Positions 45,379 to 54,971 of a DNA stretch of 64,000 nt are shown one piece after another (the stretch's first letter is position 1; each line of letters begins with the position of its first letter). The stretch is from an uncultured Pelagibacteraceae bacterium (GTDB lineage Bacteria; Pseudomonadota; Alphaproteobacteria; Pelagibacterales; Pelagibacteraceae), in the NCBI GenBank assembly GCA_902598015.1, contig CACJZT010000001.1:101628-165627 (forward strand). Direction: 5' to 3'. The notes beneath the pieces were generated by a model. It saw nothing but the letters and a program-made list of their open reading frames with translations. It was not told where the DNA came from and searched no databases. The position numbers were made by a program, and so were the translations under genes.

Positions 45379-45920
45379 TTTTGTATTAATTTTTCTGTCA
45401 AAATTAAATCTAATTTTCTATCAAATTTTTCAATATTAATTTTATTAACTTTTTGATGTGAAAAAGCCAGTCCAATTGTTATACATTTTTTAATTTGAGA
45501 AATTTTTTCTAAATACCTATCATAAAATCCACCACCATAGCCAATTCTGTTCCTGTATTTATCAAAGGCAACTATCGGTACAAATATTATGTCTGGATAT
45601 ACTTTTTTTAATTCTAGAGGCTGAGGAATTCCAAATGAACTAATTATTAAAGGATCAGTTGGACTCCATTTATAAAAATCCATTTGATGACTTCTTTTTA
45701 TAATTGGTAACGAAATACTATAACCGTTAGAATAAAATTTTTTTAGTATTTGCAAACAATCGAACTCAAAATTTATTGGAAAATAACCTCCAATAATTTT
45801 ATTTTTTGATAGATTAATTTTATTACGAAAACTATTTATAATATTATTGCCTATTTTGATTTCAAAATATTTTTTTTTTCTTAGATTAATAATTTTTTTT
45901 CTTAATTTAAATTTTGACAC
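45375..45920 (-). CDS. ygfA: 5-formyltetrahydrofolate cyclo-ligase
   Basis: VPIVAFD..RIGYGGGFYDR; likely GTG start at 45920. Confidence 0.92.
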   Translation of the reverse strand: MSKFKLRKKIINLRKKKYFEIKIGNNIINSFRNKINLSKNKIIGGYFPINFEFDCLQILKKFYSNGYSISLPIIKRSHQMDFYKWSPTDPLIISSFGIPQPLELKKVYPDIIFVPIVAFDKYRNRIGYGGGFYDRYLEKISQIKKCITIGLAFSHQKVNKINIEKFDRKLDLILTEKLIQK

Positions 45921-45927
45921 TGATATT

Positions 45928-46374
45928 TTATGAAACAGAAGTATTTGTGCTATTTTTTTTGACAAAGTCTTCTATTTCTAAAGTTACTTTGTCTATTAAA
46001 TTTTCATAGCTTATTTTGTAGTTTTCAATATCATTTTCAAGTTCTTCTTGTTGTGAACTTAAATTTTTGATTTCATTTTCTTTGTTATCCTTATACTGAT
46101 AAACTAAAAATTTTAATTCTTTAAATTTTTCTTTTAATTCATGAAGCTCTTTTTTTTGTGCATCTACTTTTTTTTTAGTTTCAAAATACTCATCCATGAC
46201 TTTTATAGAAGATATTAGTAATAATTTATTCTCTCCAATATTTCCAAGATCAAATTTTAAATCATTAAATTTTTTATTTAAACTCAAGGATAATTGTTCT
46301 AAATGTTCCTCTTGACCATCTTCACAAGATAATAAATATTCTTTACCATTAAATTTTATATTTACATTTGCCAT
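45928..46374 (-). CDS. zapA: Cell division protein ZapA
   Basis: VNIKFNGKEYLLSCEDGQEEHL followed by coiled coil. Confidence 0.88.
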   Translation of the reverse strand: MANVNIKFNGKEYLLSCEDGQEEHLEQLSLSLNKKFNDLKFDLGNIGENKLLLISSIKVMDEYFETKKKVDAQKKELHELKEKFKELKFLVYQYKDNKENEIKNLSSQQEELENDIENYKISYENLIDKVTLEIEDFVKKNSTNTSVS

Positions 46375-46685
46375 TTATCTATTTCTTCCAATAAATTATC
46401 TGTTTCTTGATTTAATTCATCAATTTTTTCATTAAATTGATTTTCTTTTCTTTTTGAAGTTTCGTATTCCTTTTTTAATTCATTTATTTGACTTCTAAGT
46501 TTTAAGTTTTCTTCTTCTAAGCTTTGAAGAGATGTGGTTATCTGTTTTTTTTCAATTTCTAATTGATTTTTTTGATCTTTTAAAATTGCAACCTTATCCA
46601 ATTCTTCAAAATGTTGAATGTTTATCTCTCCCAATTTTTTTAAAGTATCCTTTAATTTTTTTTCTTTTTCGTCAATGTTTTTCAT
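46362..46685 (-). CDS. Coiled-coil protein upstream of zapA (ZauP/ZapB-like position)
   Basis: Entirely coiled-coil; overlaps zapA start; divergent from tkt as in other alphaproteobacteria. Confidence 0.65.
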   Translation of the reverse strand: MKNIDEKEKKLKDTLKKLGEINIQHFEELDKVAILKDQKNQLEIEKKQITTSLQSLEEENLKLRSQINELKKEYETSKRKENQFNEKIDELNQETDNLLEEIDKWQM

Positions 46686-46737
46686 ATATATATCTATATT
46701 AATAAATTGAATCACCTAAGTCTAGATAGGATACTTT

Positions 46738-48693
46738 TTGAAAAATATAGAAAAAAATTTATCAAATGCTATTCGTTTTTTATCAATGGATGCGGTTCAA
46801 AACGCTAATTCTGGTCACCCAGGTATGCCGATGGGTATGGCTGACGTTGCAACAATTTTATTTAAGTATTTTCTAAAATTTAATCCAAAAAATCCAAACT
46901 GGCTTAATAGAGATAGATTTATTTTATCAGCTGGACATGGATCAATGTTACTTTACTCGCTTTTGTACCTAACTGGGTATAAAAGTGTATCGCTTAACGA
47001 CATCAAGAAATTTAGACAACTAAATTCAATTTGTGCTGGACACCCAGAGTATCACCCAAACTCAGGTATTGAAACAACAACTGGTCCTTTAGGTCAAGGA
47101 ATTGCAAATTCAGTGGGTTTTGCAATTGCAGAAGAAATTTTAAAGAAAAAATTAGGAAGTGATTTAATAAATCACAAAACCTATGTCTTGGCTGGTGATG
47201 GGTGCCTTATGGAAGGAATAAGTCATGAAGCAATGAGTCTAGCCGGTCACCTTAAACTTAATAATCTGATAATGCTTTTTGATAATAATTCAATTTCAAT
47301 AGATGGTCCTACTAGTTTAGCAGTCTCAGATGATTATAAAAATAGATTTAGAAGCTATGGATGGAATTATATTTTGATCAATGGGCATAATTACAGAGAA
47401 ATTTATAACGCGTTAAAAAAAGCGCAAACATCAAAAAAACCGACTGTAATTTCGTGCAAAACAAAAATAGGATTTGGATCTCCAAATAAAGGTGGAAAAG
47501 CCTCATCTCATGGAAGTCCTCTTGGAGTAGATGAAATTAAGTTAGTTAGAAAAAAATTAGATTGGGGTTATAAACCATTTAAAATACCTCAAAAAATTTT
47601 AACAAATTGGAGAAAAATTGGAGAAAAAGGTGTCAAAAAAGAAAAGATATGGAATAAAACTTTTAGCAAACACAAACAAAAATTTAAAAGTATTATAAAA
47701 AATAAATTCTCGAGTTCAATTATACAACAAAAAAAAGACGCAATAAAAAATCTAAAGACGATAGCTACAAGAAAATCCTCAGAAGAGTTTTTATCAGCTA
47801 TATTAAAAGAGAGAAATACTTTAATTGGTGGTTCTGCTGATTTAGCGGGATCAAACAATACAAAAACTAAGTTACATAAAATTATTAATTCAACTAACTT
47901 CGGTGGTAATTATATTCACTATGGTGTTAGGGAACACGCAATGAGTGGAATAATGAATGGATTAGCTCTTCATAGTGATTTTATTCCTTATGGAGGTACT
48001 TTTTTAATATTTTCAGACTATTGTAAACCTTCAATAAGACTGTCTGCTATAATGAAACTGAAGGTAATTTATATAATGACACATGACTCGATAGGACTGG
48101 GAGAAGATGGGCCTACACATCAACCAGTAGAGCAACTTGCTGCTTTAAGATCTATTCCAAACTTAAATGTTTTAAGGCCAGCAGATCAAACTGAAACAAT
48201 TGAATGTTGGGATATTGCTTTAAACAACAATAAAACACCTAGCATATTAGCTTTAACTAGACAAAACTTAAAACCCATAAGAAGGAGTTTTAGCAAAAAA
48301 AATCAGTGCTCTAAGGGAGCTTACGAAGTTTTAAGGACTGGAAAAAATATAAATTTAACTATTTTAGCCTCAGGATCAGAAGTCAATCTTGCAATTGAGA
48401 CTAGTCATAAATTGGCCAAACAAAAGATTTATTCAAAAGTAATATCAATGCCTTGCCAAGAAATTTTTGACAAACAAAACAAGAGCTATAAAAATAAAAT
48501 CTTAAAAGAAAGCAAAAACACTTTTTCAATTGAGGCAGGATCAAAAATGTCTTGGGAAAAATATATTGAAAAGGGCTTGTCTTTTTCAATAGAAGACTTT
48601 GGTAAAAGCGCTCCATATAAAAAAGTCTATGATCATTTTGGTTTAAGTAGTGAAAAAATTAGTAAAAAAATTAAATTTTATTTAAAAAAATGA
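46738..48693 (+). CDS. tkt: Transketolase
   Basis: SGHPG, SAGHGS, TTGPLGQG, GDGCLMEG, GVREH, GEDGPTHQ. Confidence 0.98.
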   Translation: MKNIEKNLSNAIRFLSMDAVQNANSGHPGMPMGMADVATILFKYFLKFNPKNPNWLNRDRFILSAGHGSMLLYSLLYLTGYKSVSLNDIKKFRQLNSICAGHPEYHPNSGIETTTGPLGQGIANSVGFAIAEEILKKKLGSDLINHKTYVLAGDGCLMEGISHEAMSLAGHLKLNNLIMLFDNNSISIDGPTSLAVSDDYKNRFRSYGWNYILINGHNYREIYNALKKAQTSKKPTVISCKTKIGFGSPNKGGKASSHGSPLGVDEIKLVRKKLDWGYKPFKIPQKILTNWRKIGEKGVKKEKIWNKTFSKHKQKFKSIIKNKFSSSIIQQKKDAIKNLKTIATRKSSEEFLSAILKERNTLIGGSADLAGSNNTKTKLHKIINSTNFGGNYIHYGVREHAMSGIMNGLALHSDFIPYGGTFLIFSDYCKPSIRLSAIMKLKVIYIMTHDSIGLGEDGPTHQPVEQLAALRSIPNLNVLRPADQTETIECWDIALNNNKTPSILALTRQNLKPIRRSFSKKNQCSKGAYEVLRTGKNINLTILASGSEVNLAIETSHKLAKQKIYSKVISMPCQEIFDKQNKSYKNKILKESKNTFSIEAGSKMSWEKYIEKGLSFSIEDFGKSAPYKKVYDHFGLSSEKISKKIKFYLKK

Positions 48694-49697
48694 CAATAAA
48701 AGTTGGAATTAATGGTATGGGAAGAATTGGCAGAATGATTGTGAGGTCAATTTATGAAAATTACAAAGGTAAAATAATTATCAAACATATTAATAATAGA
48801 TCGAGCTCTGAAATTTGTGTAAATTTATTAAAATATGATTCAATTCATGGTAATTTTGGTAGTCTAGTAAAATCTGGAGGAAATTACATAAAAATTAATA
48901 AAGAAAAAATATCTTACACCCAACACTCTACAATTAATGACATAAAATGGAAAAAATATGGTGTTGATTATGTTTTTGAGTGCACAGGTAAGTTTAATTC
49001 TAAAGATCAATTACTGCCACATATAGAAAATGGGGTAAAAAAAGTCATTGTATCAGCCCCATGTAAAATGGCTGATAAAACTATAGTTTTTGGAGTAAAT
49101 CATAAGAAGATTAACAAGAATGATAAAATTATTTCAGCAGCTTCTTGTACAACAAATTGTTTAGCTCCTGTCGCAGACGTAATTAATAAAAATTTTATAA
49201 TTCTTAATGGTTTTATGACAACCATACATGCTTTTACAAGTGATCAAAGAATTTTAGATAATTCTCACAAAGATCCAAGAAGAGCGAGATCTGCAAGTCA
49301 ATCAATTGTACCCACATCTACTGGTGCATCAAAAGCTATTGGTGAGATTATACCCTCATTGAAAGGCAAGCTAGAGGGGATAGCAATGAGAGTGCCAACA
49401 CCAAATGTTTCATTAATAGAATTTATATTTAATGTAAAAAAAAATATTACCTTAAAAAAATTAAATAACTCTTTATTTTTAGCTTCTAAAACGAAACTTA
49501 AAAATATTCTAAATGTTACAGATGAGAAGCTAGTCTCAGTTGATTTTAATCACAATAGTGCATCTGCAATCATAGACTCTTCACTTACTAATGTAGTTGG
49601 TAATAAAATGGGTAAAATTTCAGCTTGGTATGATAATGAATGGGGTTTCTCAAATAGAATGTGTGATATTGCTGAGTATTTAAGCAAGATCAAATAA
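48690..49697 (+). CDS. gap: Type I glyceraldehyde-3-phosphate dehydrogenase
   Basis: GMGRIGR, ASCTTNC, RVPT, WYDNEWG. Confidence 0.95.
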   Translation: MTIKVGINGMGRIGRMIVRSIYENYKGKIIIKHINNRSSSEICVNLLKYDSIHGNFGSLVKSGGNYIKINKEKISYTQHSTINDIKWKKYGVDYVFECTGKFNSKDQLLPHIENGVKKVIVSAPCKMADKTIVFGVNHKKINKNDKIISAASCTTNCLAPVADVINKNFIILNGFMTTIHAFTSDQRILDNSHKDPRRARSASQSIVPTSTGASKAIGEIIPSLKGKLEGIAMRVPTPNVSLIEFIFNVKKNITLKKLNNSLFLASKTKLKNILNVTDEKLVSVDFNHNSASAIIDSSLTNVVGNKMGKISAWYDNEWGFSNRMCDIAEYLSKIK

Positions 49698-50869
49698 TGA
49701 AATCCATAGAAAATATAGAAAATATTAAAAATAAAAGAGTAATTCTTAGACTTGATTTAAATGTTCCAATAAAAAATGGAAAAATAATAGACACTAACCG
49801 GATTGATAAGGTTATGCCTACTTTAGAATTTCTATTAAAAAAAAAAGCAAAAATTATAATAATTTCTCATGTTGGAAGACCAAAAGGTAAAATAGTCAAG
49901 GAACTTTCTCTAGAATTGGTATCGTCGTATGTTAAAAGTAAAATTAAAAAAGAAGTATTATTACTTAAAGAAAACATTTTTAATTTAAATAAAGAAGACC
50001 TTTTTAAGAGTTCCAAAAATGAGGTGATATTACTTGAAAATATTAGATTTTATCCCGAAGAAGAAGCCAACGATGATAAATTTTCAAAGAAATTAGCAAG
50101 CTTAGGTGAAATATATGTTAATGATGCATTTTCGTGTTCACACAGAGATCATGCTTCTATATCTAAAATAACCAAGTATATTCCATCTTACAGCGGAATT
50201 CAAATTAATGCGGAGGTAAATGCTCTCGACAAGATAACGTCAAAAATAAAAAAACCTATAACATGTATAATTGGTGGGTCTAAAATATCTTCCAAAATAA
50301 ATATAATAAAAAATTTAATACCAAAGTTTAATAGCATTATAATAGTTGGTGCTATGGCGAACAATATATTTAAATACAAAGGTTTAAAAATTGGTAACTC
50401 TGTTTATGAAAAAAATATTGATTACATAATTCAAGAGATTTTCACTTATGCTGACAAAAATAAATGTAAAATATATTTTCCGAAAGATGTTAAAATTGGA
50501 AAAAAATTGAACGATAAATCTTTTGAAAAAGATTTTAAAGATATTGAAGAAGATGATATAATACTTGATGTAGGATCAAAAACATTAGTTGAAATAAAAA
50601 GAATTATTGACGATTCCTCGACAATATTATGGAACGGACCATTAGGTTACTTTGAAAATGAGAATTTTTTATTAGGAAGCTCAGAAGTTGCAAAATATAT
50701 AGCAAGCAGAGGGAACAAAATATTTTCTGTTGTTGGTGGAGGCGATACAGTTGCAGTAATTAATTCACTAAATATGAAAGATAAATTTAATTTTGTTTCA
50801 ACTGCAGGTGGAGCATTTTTAGAATATCTTGAAGGCAAAGTTCTCCCTGGTATAAAAGCATTAAATTAA
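49697..50869 (+). CDS. pgk: Phosphoglycerate kinase
   Basis: DLNVP, SHVGRP, NDAF..HR, WNGP, GGGDT, STAGGA. Confidence 0.97.
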   Translation: MKSIENIENIKNKRVILRLDLNVPIKNGKIIDTNRIDKVMPTLEFLLKKKAKIIIISHVGRPKGKIVKELSLELVSSYVKSKIKKEVLLLKENIFNLNKEDLFKSSKNEVILLENIRFYPEEEANDDKFSKKLASLGEIYVNDAFSCSHRDHASISKITKYIPSYSGIQINAEVNALDKITSKIKKPITCIIGGSKISSKINIIKNLIPKFNSIIIVGAMANNIFKYKGLKIGNSVYEKNIDYIIQEIFTYADKNKCKIYFPKDVKIGKKLNDKSFEKDFKDIEEDDIILDVGSKTLVEIKRIIDDSSTILWNGPLGYFENENFLLGSSEVAKYIASRGNKIFSVVGGGDTVAVINSLNMKDKFNFVSTAGGAFLEYLEGKVLPGIKALN

Positions 50870-51883
50870 ATGTCTGAACTAAACAAAATCGCTCTTAAAA
50901 TATTATCAAATGGCAAAGGTATACTTGCAGCTGATGAAAGTACAGCCACAATGACAAAAAGATTAGATTCAGTAAAAGTACATTCCGATGAAAAAAATAG
51001 ACTGCTTTTTAGACAAACTCTTTTTTCATCTTTATCAATGAAAGAATGCATAGGGGGAGTAATACTATACGACGAAACAATAAGACAAAAAACTTCCAAT
51101 GGAAAAACAATACCTGAATTAATAAACTCAAGTGGTTCATTAACTGGTATTAAAGTTGATACAGGGACCAAAACATTAGCAGGATCTAAAGAAGAAAAAA
51201 TTACTGAAGGTTTAGACGGTTTAAGAGAACGATTAAAAGAATATTATAAACTTGGAGCAAGATTTACAAAATGGAGAGGTGTCTACCTTGTATCTGATAA
51301 ATATCCAAGCAAACTATCAGTTTCAGCAAATGCTCATGCACTAGCCAGATATGCTGCTTTAGTGCAGGAAGCTGGAATGGTTCCAATTATTGAACCTGAA
51401 GTTTTAATGGATGGAGATCATTCAGCTAAAGTTTGCTATGATAAAACATCTAACGTAATAAAAAAATGTTATGAAGAATTACAATTAAACAATGTTGATC
51501 TTAGTGGAACTATTTTAAAACCAAACATGATACTTCCTGGAGAAAGTTCTAAAAATAAAATTTCTAATGAAGAAGTGGCAGAACTTACTCTGGAGTGTTT
51601 AAAAAATAATGTGCCTTCGGAAGTCCCTGGTATTGCTTTTCTTTCGGGTGGCCAAACTGAAATAGAAGCCACAGCAAATTTAAATCAAATCAACAAAAAA
51701 AATAATACAAAATTCATAATGAGTTTCTCCTATGGAAGAGCCTTGCAACAAAGTGCTTTAAAATTTTGGTCCAAAGATATTAATGATATATCTGGTACTC
51801 AAGAAGTGTTTGATCATAGAGCTAAAATGTGTACCTTAGCAGCTCAAGGGAAATGGTCAGAAAATCTTGAAAATAAGAAATAA
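50870..51883 (+). CDS. fba: Class I fructose-bisphosphate aldolase
   Basis: GKGILAADES, KWR, PIIEPE, LKPNM, FLSGGQ, FSYGRALQ. Confidence 0.95.
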   Translation: MSELNKIALKILSNGKGILAADESTATMTKRLDSVKVHSDEKNRLLFRQTLFSSLSMKECIGGVILYDETIRQKTSNGKTIPELINSSGSLTGIKVDTGTKTLAGSKEEKITEGLDGLRERLKEYYKLGARFTKWRGVYLVSDKYPSKLSVSANAHALARYAALVQEAGMVPIIEPEVLMDGDHSAKVCYDKTSNVIKKCYEELQLNNVDLSGTILKPNMILPGESSKNKISNEEVAELTLECLKNNVPSEVPGIAFLSGGQTEIEATANLNQINKKNNTKFIMSFSYGRALQQSALKFWSKDINDISGTQEVFDHRAKMCTLAAQGKWSENLENKK

Positions 51884-52484
51884 GAAATTTATTTATTTAA
51901 TATCACCTAATAAAATTAAAGATAATTCTTTTTTTTATTATTTAAATTTAGTTTTAAGAACTAATAAAGTTAGATTTTTTCAATTAAGACTTAAAAAAGA
52001 AACTATAAAAAGAAAAATATTTATTGCAAAAAAAGTTCAAATAATTTGTAAAAAGTACAGAGTAAAGTTTATCATAAATGATGATCCATATTTTACATTA
52101 AAAATAAAAGCCGATGGATGTCACTTGGGTCAAAAAGATATGAATGTTGTAGAGGCAAGGAAGATTTTAAAGAATAAAATAATTGGCATAACCTGTCATA
52201 ATTCGGTTAGACTTGCAAAAAAAGCTAAATTAAATGGAGCATCTTATATTGCTATAGGTGCATTTTTTAAGACTAACACCAAAAAAGTTCTTTATAAAAC
52301 CAATGTTAAAACACTAAAAAAAATTAAAATGTCAGTAAATTTACCAGTTGTTGCAATTGGTGGAATAAATGAAAAAAATTATAAAAATCTGTTATTGAAT
52401 AAAGCAAATTTTTTAGCTATCTCAAGTTACGTTTGGAAAAATAAAAAATTTAAACCACATCAAGCAATAAAAAAATTAATATGA
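51867..52484 (+). CDS. thiE: Thiamine-phosphate synthase
   Basis: QLRLK, INDD, GCHLGQ, VAIGGI; TTG start overlapping fba. Confidence 0.85.
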   Translation: MKIRNKKFIYLISPNKIKDNSFFYYLNLVLRTNKVRFFQLRLKKETIKRKIFIAKKVQIICKKYRVKFIINDDPYFTLKIKADGCHLGQKDMNVVEARKILKNKIIGITCHNSVRLAKKAKLNGASYIAIGAFFKTNTKKVLYKTNVKTLKKIKMSVNLPVVAIGGINEKNYKNLLLNKANFLAISSYVWKNKKFKPHQAIKKLI

Positions 52485-53041
52485 AAATTAATGCTACAGA
52501 AATTAGAGTTGGAATGATTTTAGAATACAAAGATGATCTGTGGGAAGTTTTAAAAACGAGTCACGTAAAGCCTGGAAAGGGAGGAGCATTTGCTCAAGTT
52601 GAAATGAAAAGTCTAAGCAAAAATACAAAATTAAATGAAAGATTTAGATCAAGCGAAACAATTGAAAAAGCTTTATTAGAAGAAACAAAATTTACTTTTT
52701 TATACAAAGATGAAAATGATTTTTATTTCATGAATCCAGAAACATTTGAACAAATTAATATAAATAAAAATATTATTGGAGAAAAAAGTAAAATGCTCAG
52801 TGAAAATTTAGAAGTTATAATCAATTTTCATAATGAAAGTGCCATAAGTTTAACGCTTCCTAATCAAATTCAATGCAAAATTGAAATAACTGATGCTGCT
52901 TTAAAAGGTCAGACCGTCTCGTCTTCATATAAGCCTGCGAAGCTAGATAATGGATTGAGTATTCAAGTTCCACCATTTATAGAGAATGATGACTTAATAA
53001 TAATTGATACTAGGACATTAGAATATGTAAAAAAGGTTTAA
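52481..53041 (+). CDS. efp: Elongation factor P
   Basis: KPGKGGAF, KPA, VPPFI, DTR. Confidence 0.96.
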   Translation: MKINATEIRVGMILEYKDDLWEVLKTSHVKPGKGGAFAQVEMKSLSKNTKLNERFRSSETIEKALLEETKFTFLYKDENDFYFMNPETFEQININKNIIGEKSKMLSENLEVIINFHNESAISLTLPNQIQCKIEITDAALKGQTVSSSYKPAKLDNGLSIQVPPFIENDDLIIIDTRTLEYVKKV

Positions 53042-53042
53042 T

Positions 53043-53789
53043 GTGAACTCTATCTCTTCAAATTTAAATTTAATGATAAAAGCTTGTGAAAAAGCTTCTA
53101 AAGTAATTATCAGAGATTTTGGTGAACTTGAAAATTTACAAGTATCAAAGAAAGGACCCAAAGATTTTGTTACAAAAACTGATAAACGAGTTGAGAAAAT
53201 TTTGATAGAAGAATTATCAAAATCAAAAAAAAATTATTCATTTATAACTGAGGAAAGTGGAAAAATTTTAAATAATAATAAAAATGTTTTTTGGATAATA
53301 GATCCTATAGATGGTACTACAAATTTTCTACACGGAGTACCTCATTTCGCAATATCAGTCGCGCTTCAAAAAGACAATGAAATTATAAGTGGATTAATTT
53401 TAGATCCAATTAAAAATGAAATATTTTATGCTGAAAAAAACAACGGATCTTATATAAATAACAACCGAATACGGGTCTCAAATAAATCAGATCTCGAAGA
53501 ATGTTTATTTGCATCAAATAACGACGGAGTAAAATCAATACATCCACTTCTTAACCTCAGAAATACTGGATGCGCTGCACTTGATTTAGCTTATGTAGGA
53601 TGTGGAAGGTTAGACGGATTCTTTCATAATAAAATCAATTTATGGGATGTTGCTGCTGGAAAAATAATAGTTGAAGAAGCTGGAGGAGAAGTAAATAACA
53701 TAAGAGATTTTAAAATTAATGAAATAGATATTAGAGCAGGAAATCCAAATATTTATGGCAAAATGATTAAAAAATTAGATAACTTTTAA
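53043..53789 (+). CDS. suhB: Inositol monophosphatase family protein
   Basis: [18 protein letters not shown]. Confidence 0.92.
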   Translation: MNSISSNLNLMIKACEKASKVIIRDFGELENLQVSKKGPKDFVTKTDKRVEKILIEELSKSKKNYSFITEESGKILNNNKNVFWIIDPIDGTTNFLHGVPHFAISVALQKDNEIISGLILDPIKNEIFYAEKNNGSYINNNRIRVSNKSDLEECLFASNNDGVKSIHPLLNLRNTGCAALDLAYVGCGRLDGFFHNKINLWDVAAGKIIVEEAGGEVNNIRDFKINEIDIRAGNPNIYGKMIKKLDNF

Positions 53790-53817
53790 TTGTTTTTAAA
53801 ACAAATTTTGCTATAAG
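53790..53817 (+). promoter_or_regulatory. Putative sigma70 promoter for rpmE (TTGTTT-N16-TATAAG with extended TG)
   Basis: TGC-TATAAG ends 7 nt before the ATG at 53825; no Shine-Dalgarno. Confidence 0.45.
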
Positions 53818-53824
53818 GCAGCCA

Positions 53825-54055
53825 ATGAAAAAAAATTTGCATCCTAAATATCATAATATTAAAGTCGAAATGACAGATGGTACTCATTTTGAGACAAAAT
53901 CTACCTGGGGCTCAGAAAATGATACCTTGAAATTAGAAATTGATCCAAAATCTCATTCAGCATGGACAGGTGGAAAACAAAAAATTTTAGACAAGGGAAG
54001 AATAAGTAAATTCAACAAAAAATTCCAAAACTTTAGGTCTGAGAATAAAAATTAA
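53825..54055 (+). CDS. rpmE: 50S ribosomal protein L31 (Cys-free form)
   Basis: MKKNLHPKY...[11 protein letters not shown]...[10 protein letters not shown]. Confidence 0.95.
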   Translation: MKKNLHPKYHNIKVEMTDGTHFETKSTWGSENDTLKLEIDPKSHSAWTGGKQKILDKGRISKFNKKFQNFRSENKN

Positions 54056-54630
54056 TGTCAAGTGCACCATTAATGCCAATGGCAACAGCTGTATGGTTAG
54101 TAGAAAATACGTCCTTAACTTTCAAACAGATTGCAGAATTTTGTCAATTACACGAAGTTGAAGTTCAAGGAATTGCAGATGGAGAAGTTGCAAAAGGTAT
54201 TGTGGGTTATAACCCTATAATATCTGGGCAATTAACAAATGAAGAAATATTACTTTCTTCAAAAGATGAGAACAGACCATTGAATATTATTCATAAAGAA
54301 GTTGAAGTAAAAAATATCGAAAATAAAATAAAAAAATATGTTCCTTTATCAAAACGACAAGATAAGCCGGACTCTGCTTTGTGGTTAATAAAAAACCATT
54401 CTATTTTAAAAGACTCACAGATAGCAAAATTAGTTGGAGTAACAACAAATTCAGTTAATTCAATTAGAAATAAAAGTTATTGGAACTACAATAGTTTAAA
54501 TGCAAAAGATCCGGTTGCTATGGGTTTGTTTAATCAAAAAGATTTATTAGATGCGTTAGAAAAAGCTCAGAGAAGAATAATTAGAGAGAAAAAAGATAAG
54601 GAAAAATTAAAACAAAATGAAAAAAGCTAA
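54055..54630 (+). CDS. trcR: DUF1013 family protein (TrcR-like RNA polymerase-associated regulator)
   Basis: PLMPMATAVWLVENTSLTFKQIAEFC, SKRQDKPD, DPVAMGL. Confidence 0.85.
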   Translation: MSSAPLMPMATAVWLVENTSLTFKQIAEFCQLHEVEVQGIADGEVAKGIVGYNPIISGQLTNEEILLSSKDENRPLNIIHKEVEVKNIENKIKKYVPLSKRQDKPDSALWLIKNHSILKDSQIAKLVGVTTNSVNSIRNKSYWNYNSLNAKDPVAMGLFNQKDLLDALEKAQRRIIREKKDKEKLKQNEKS

Positions 54631-54693
54631 ATTTGAAATATATAGACAAACATTATTTAAAATGCTAATTAATCGCACTTTTTGGAGGTTGTT

Positions 54694-54888
54694 ATTAAAA
54701 TAGAAGTTAAAGATAATAATGTTGAGCAAGCACTGAGGGTTTTGAAAAGAAAACTCCAGAGAGATGGTTTTTTTAAAATCATTAAACTTAAAAATAATTA
54801 CGAAAAACCATCTGAAAAAAAAAAGAGAATTCTTCAAGAAAATATCAAAAGAGTCAAAAAGCTCAACAAACTCAAGAACAGGATATAA
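54694..54888 (+). CDS. rpsU: 30S ribosomal protein S21
   Basis: KDNNVEQALRVLKRKLQRDG...YEKPSE; start is either TTG 54682 or ATT 54694 (5 nt after GGAGG). Confidence 0.92.
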   Translation: MKIEVKDNNVEQALRVLKRKLQRDGFFKIIKLKNNYEKPSEKKKRILQENIKRVKKLNKLKNRI

Positions 54889-54892
54889 TTAT

Positions 54893-54969
54893 CGCGGGGT
54901 GGAGCAGCCTGGTAGCTCGCAAGGCTCATAACCTTGAGGTCGGCGGTTCAAATCCGTCCCCCGCAACCA
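54893..54969 (+). tRNA. Initiator tRNA-fMet(CAT)
   Basis: CGCGGGG...CCCCGCA-ACCA with C1:A72 mismatch; CAT anticodon; TTCAAAT T-loop. Confidence 0.96.
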
Positions 54970-54971
54970 AT

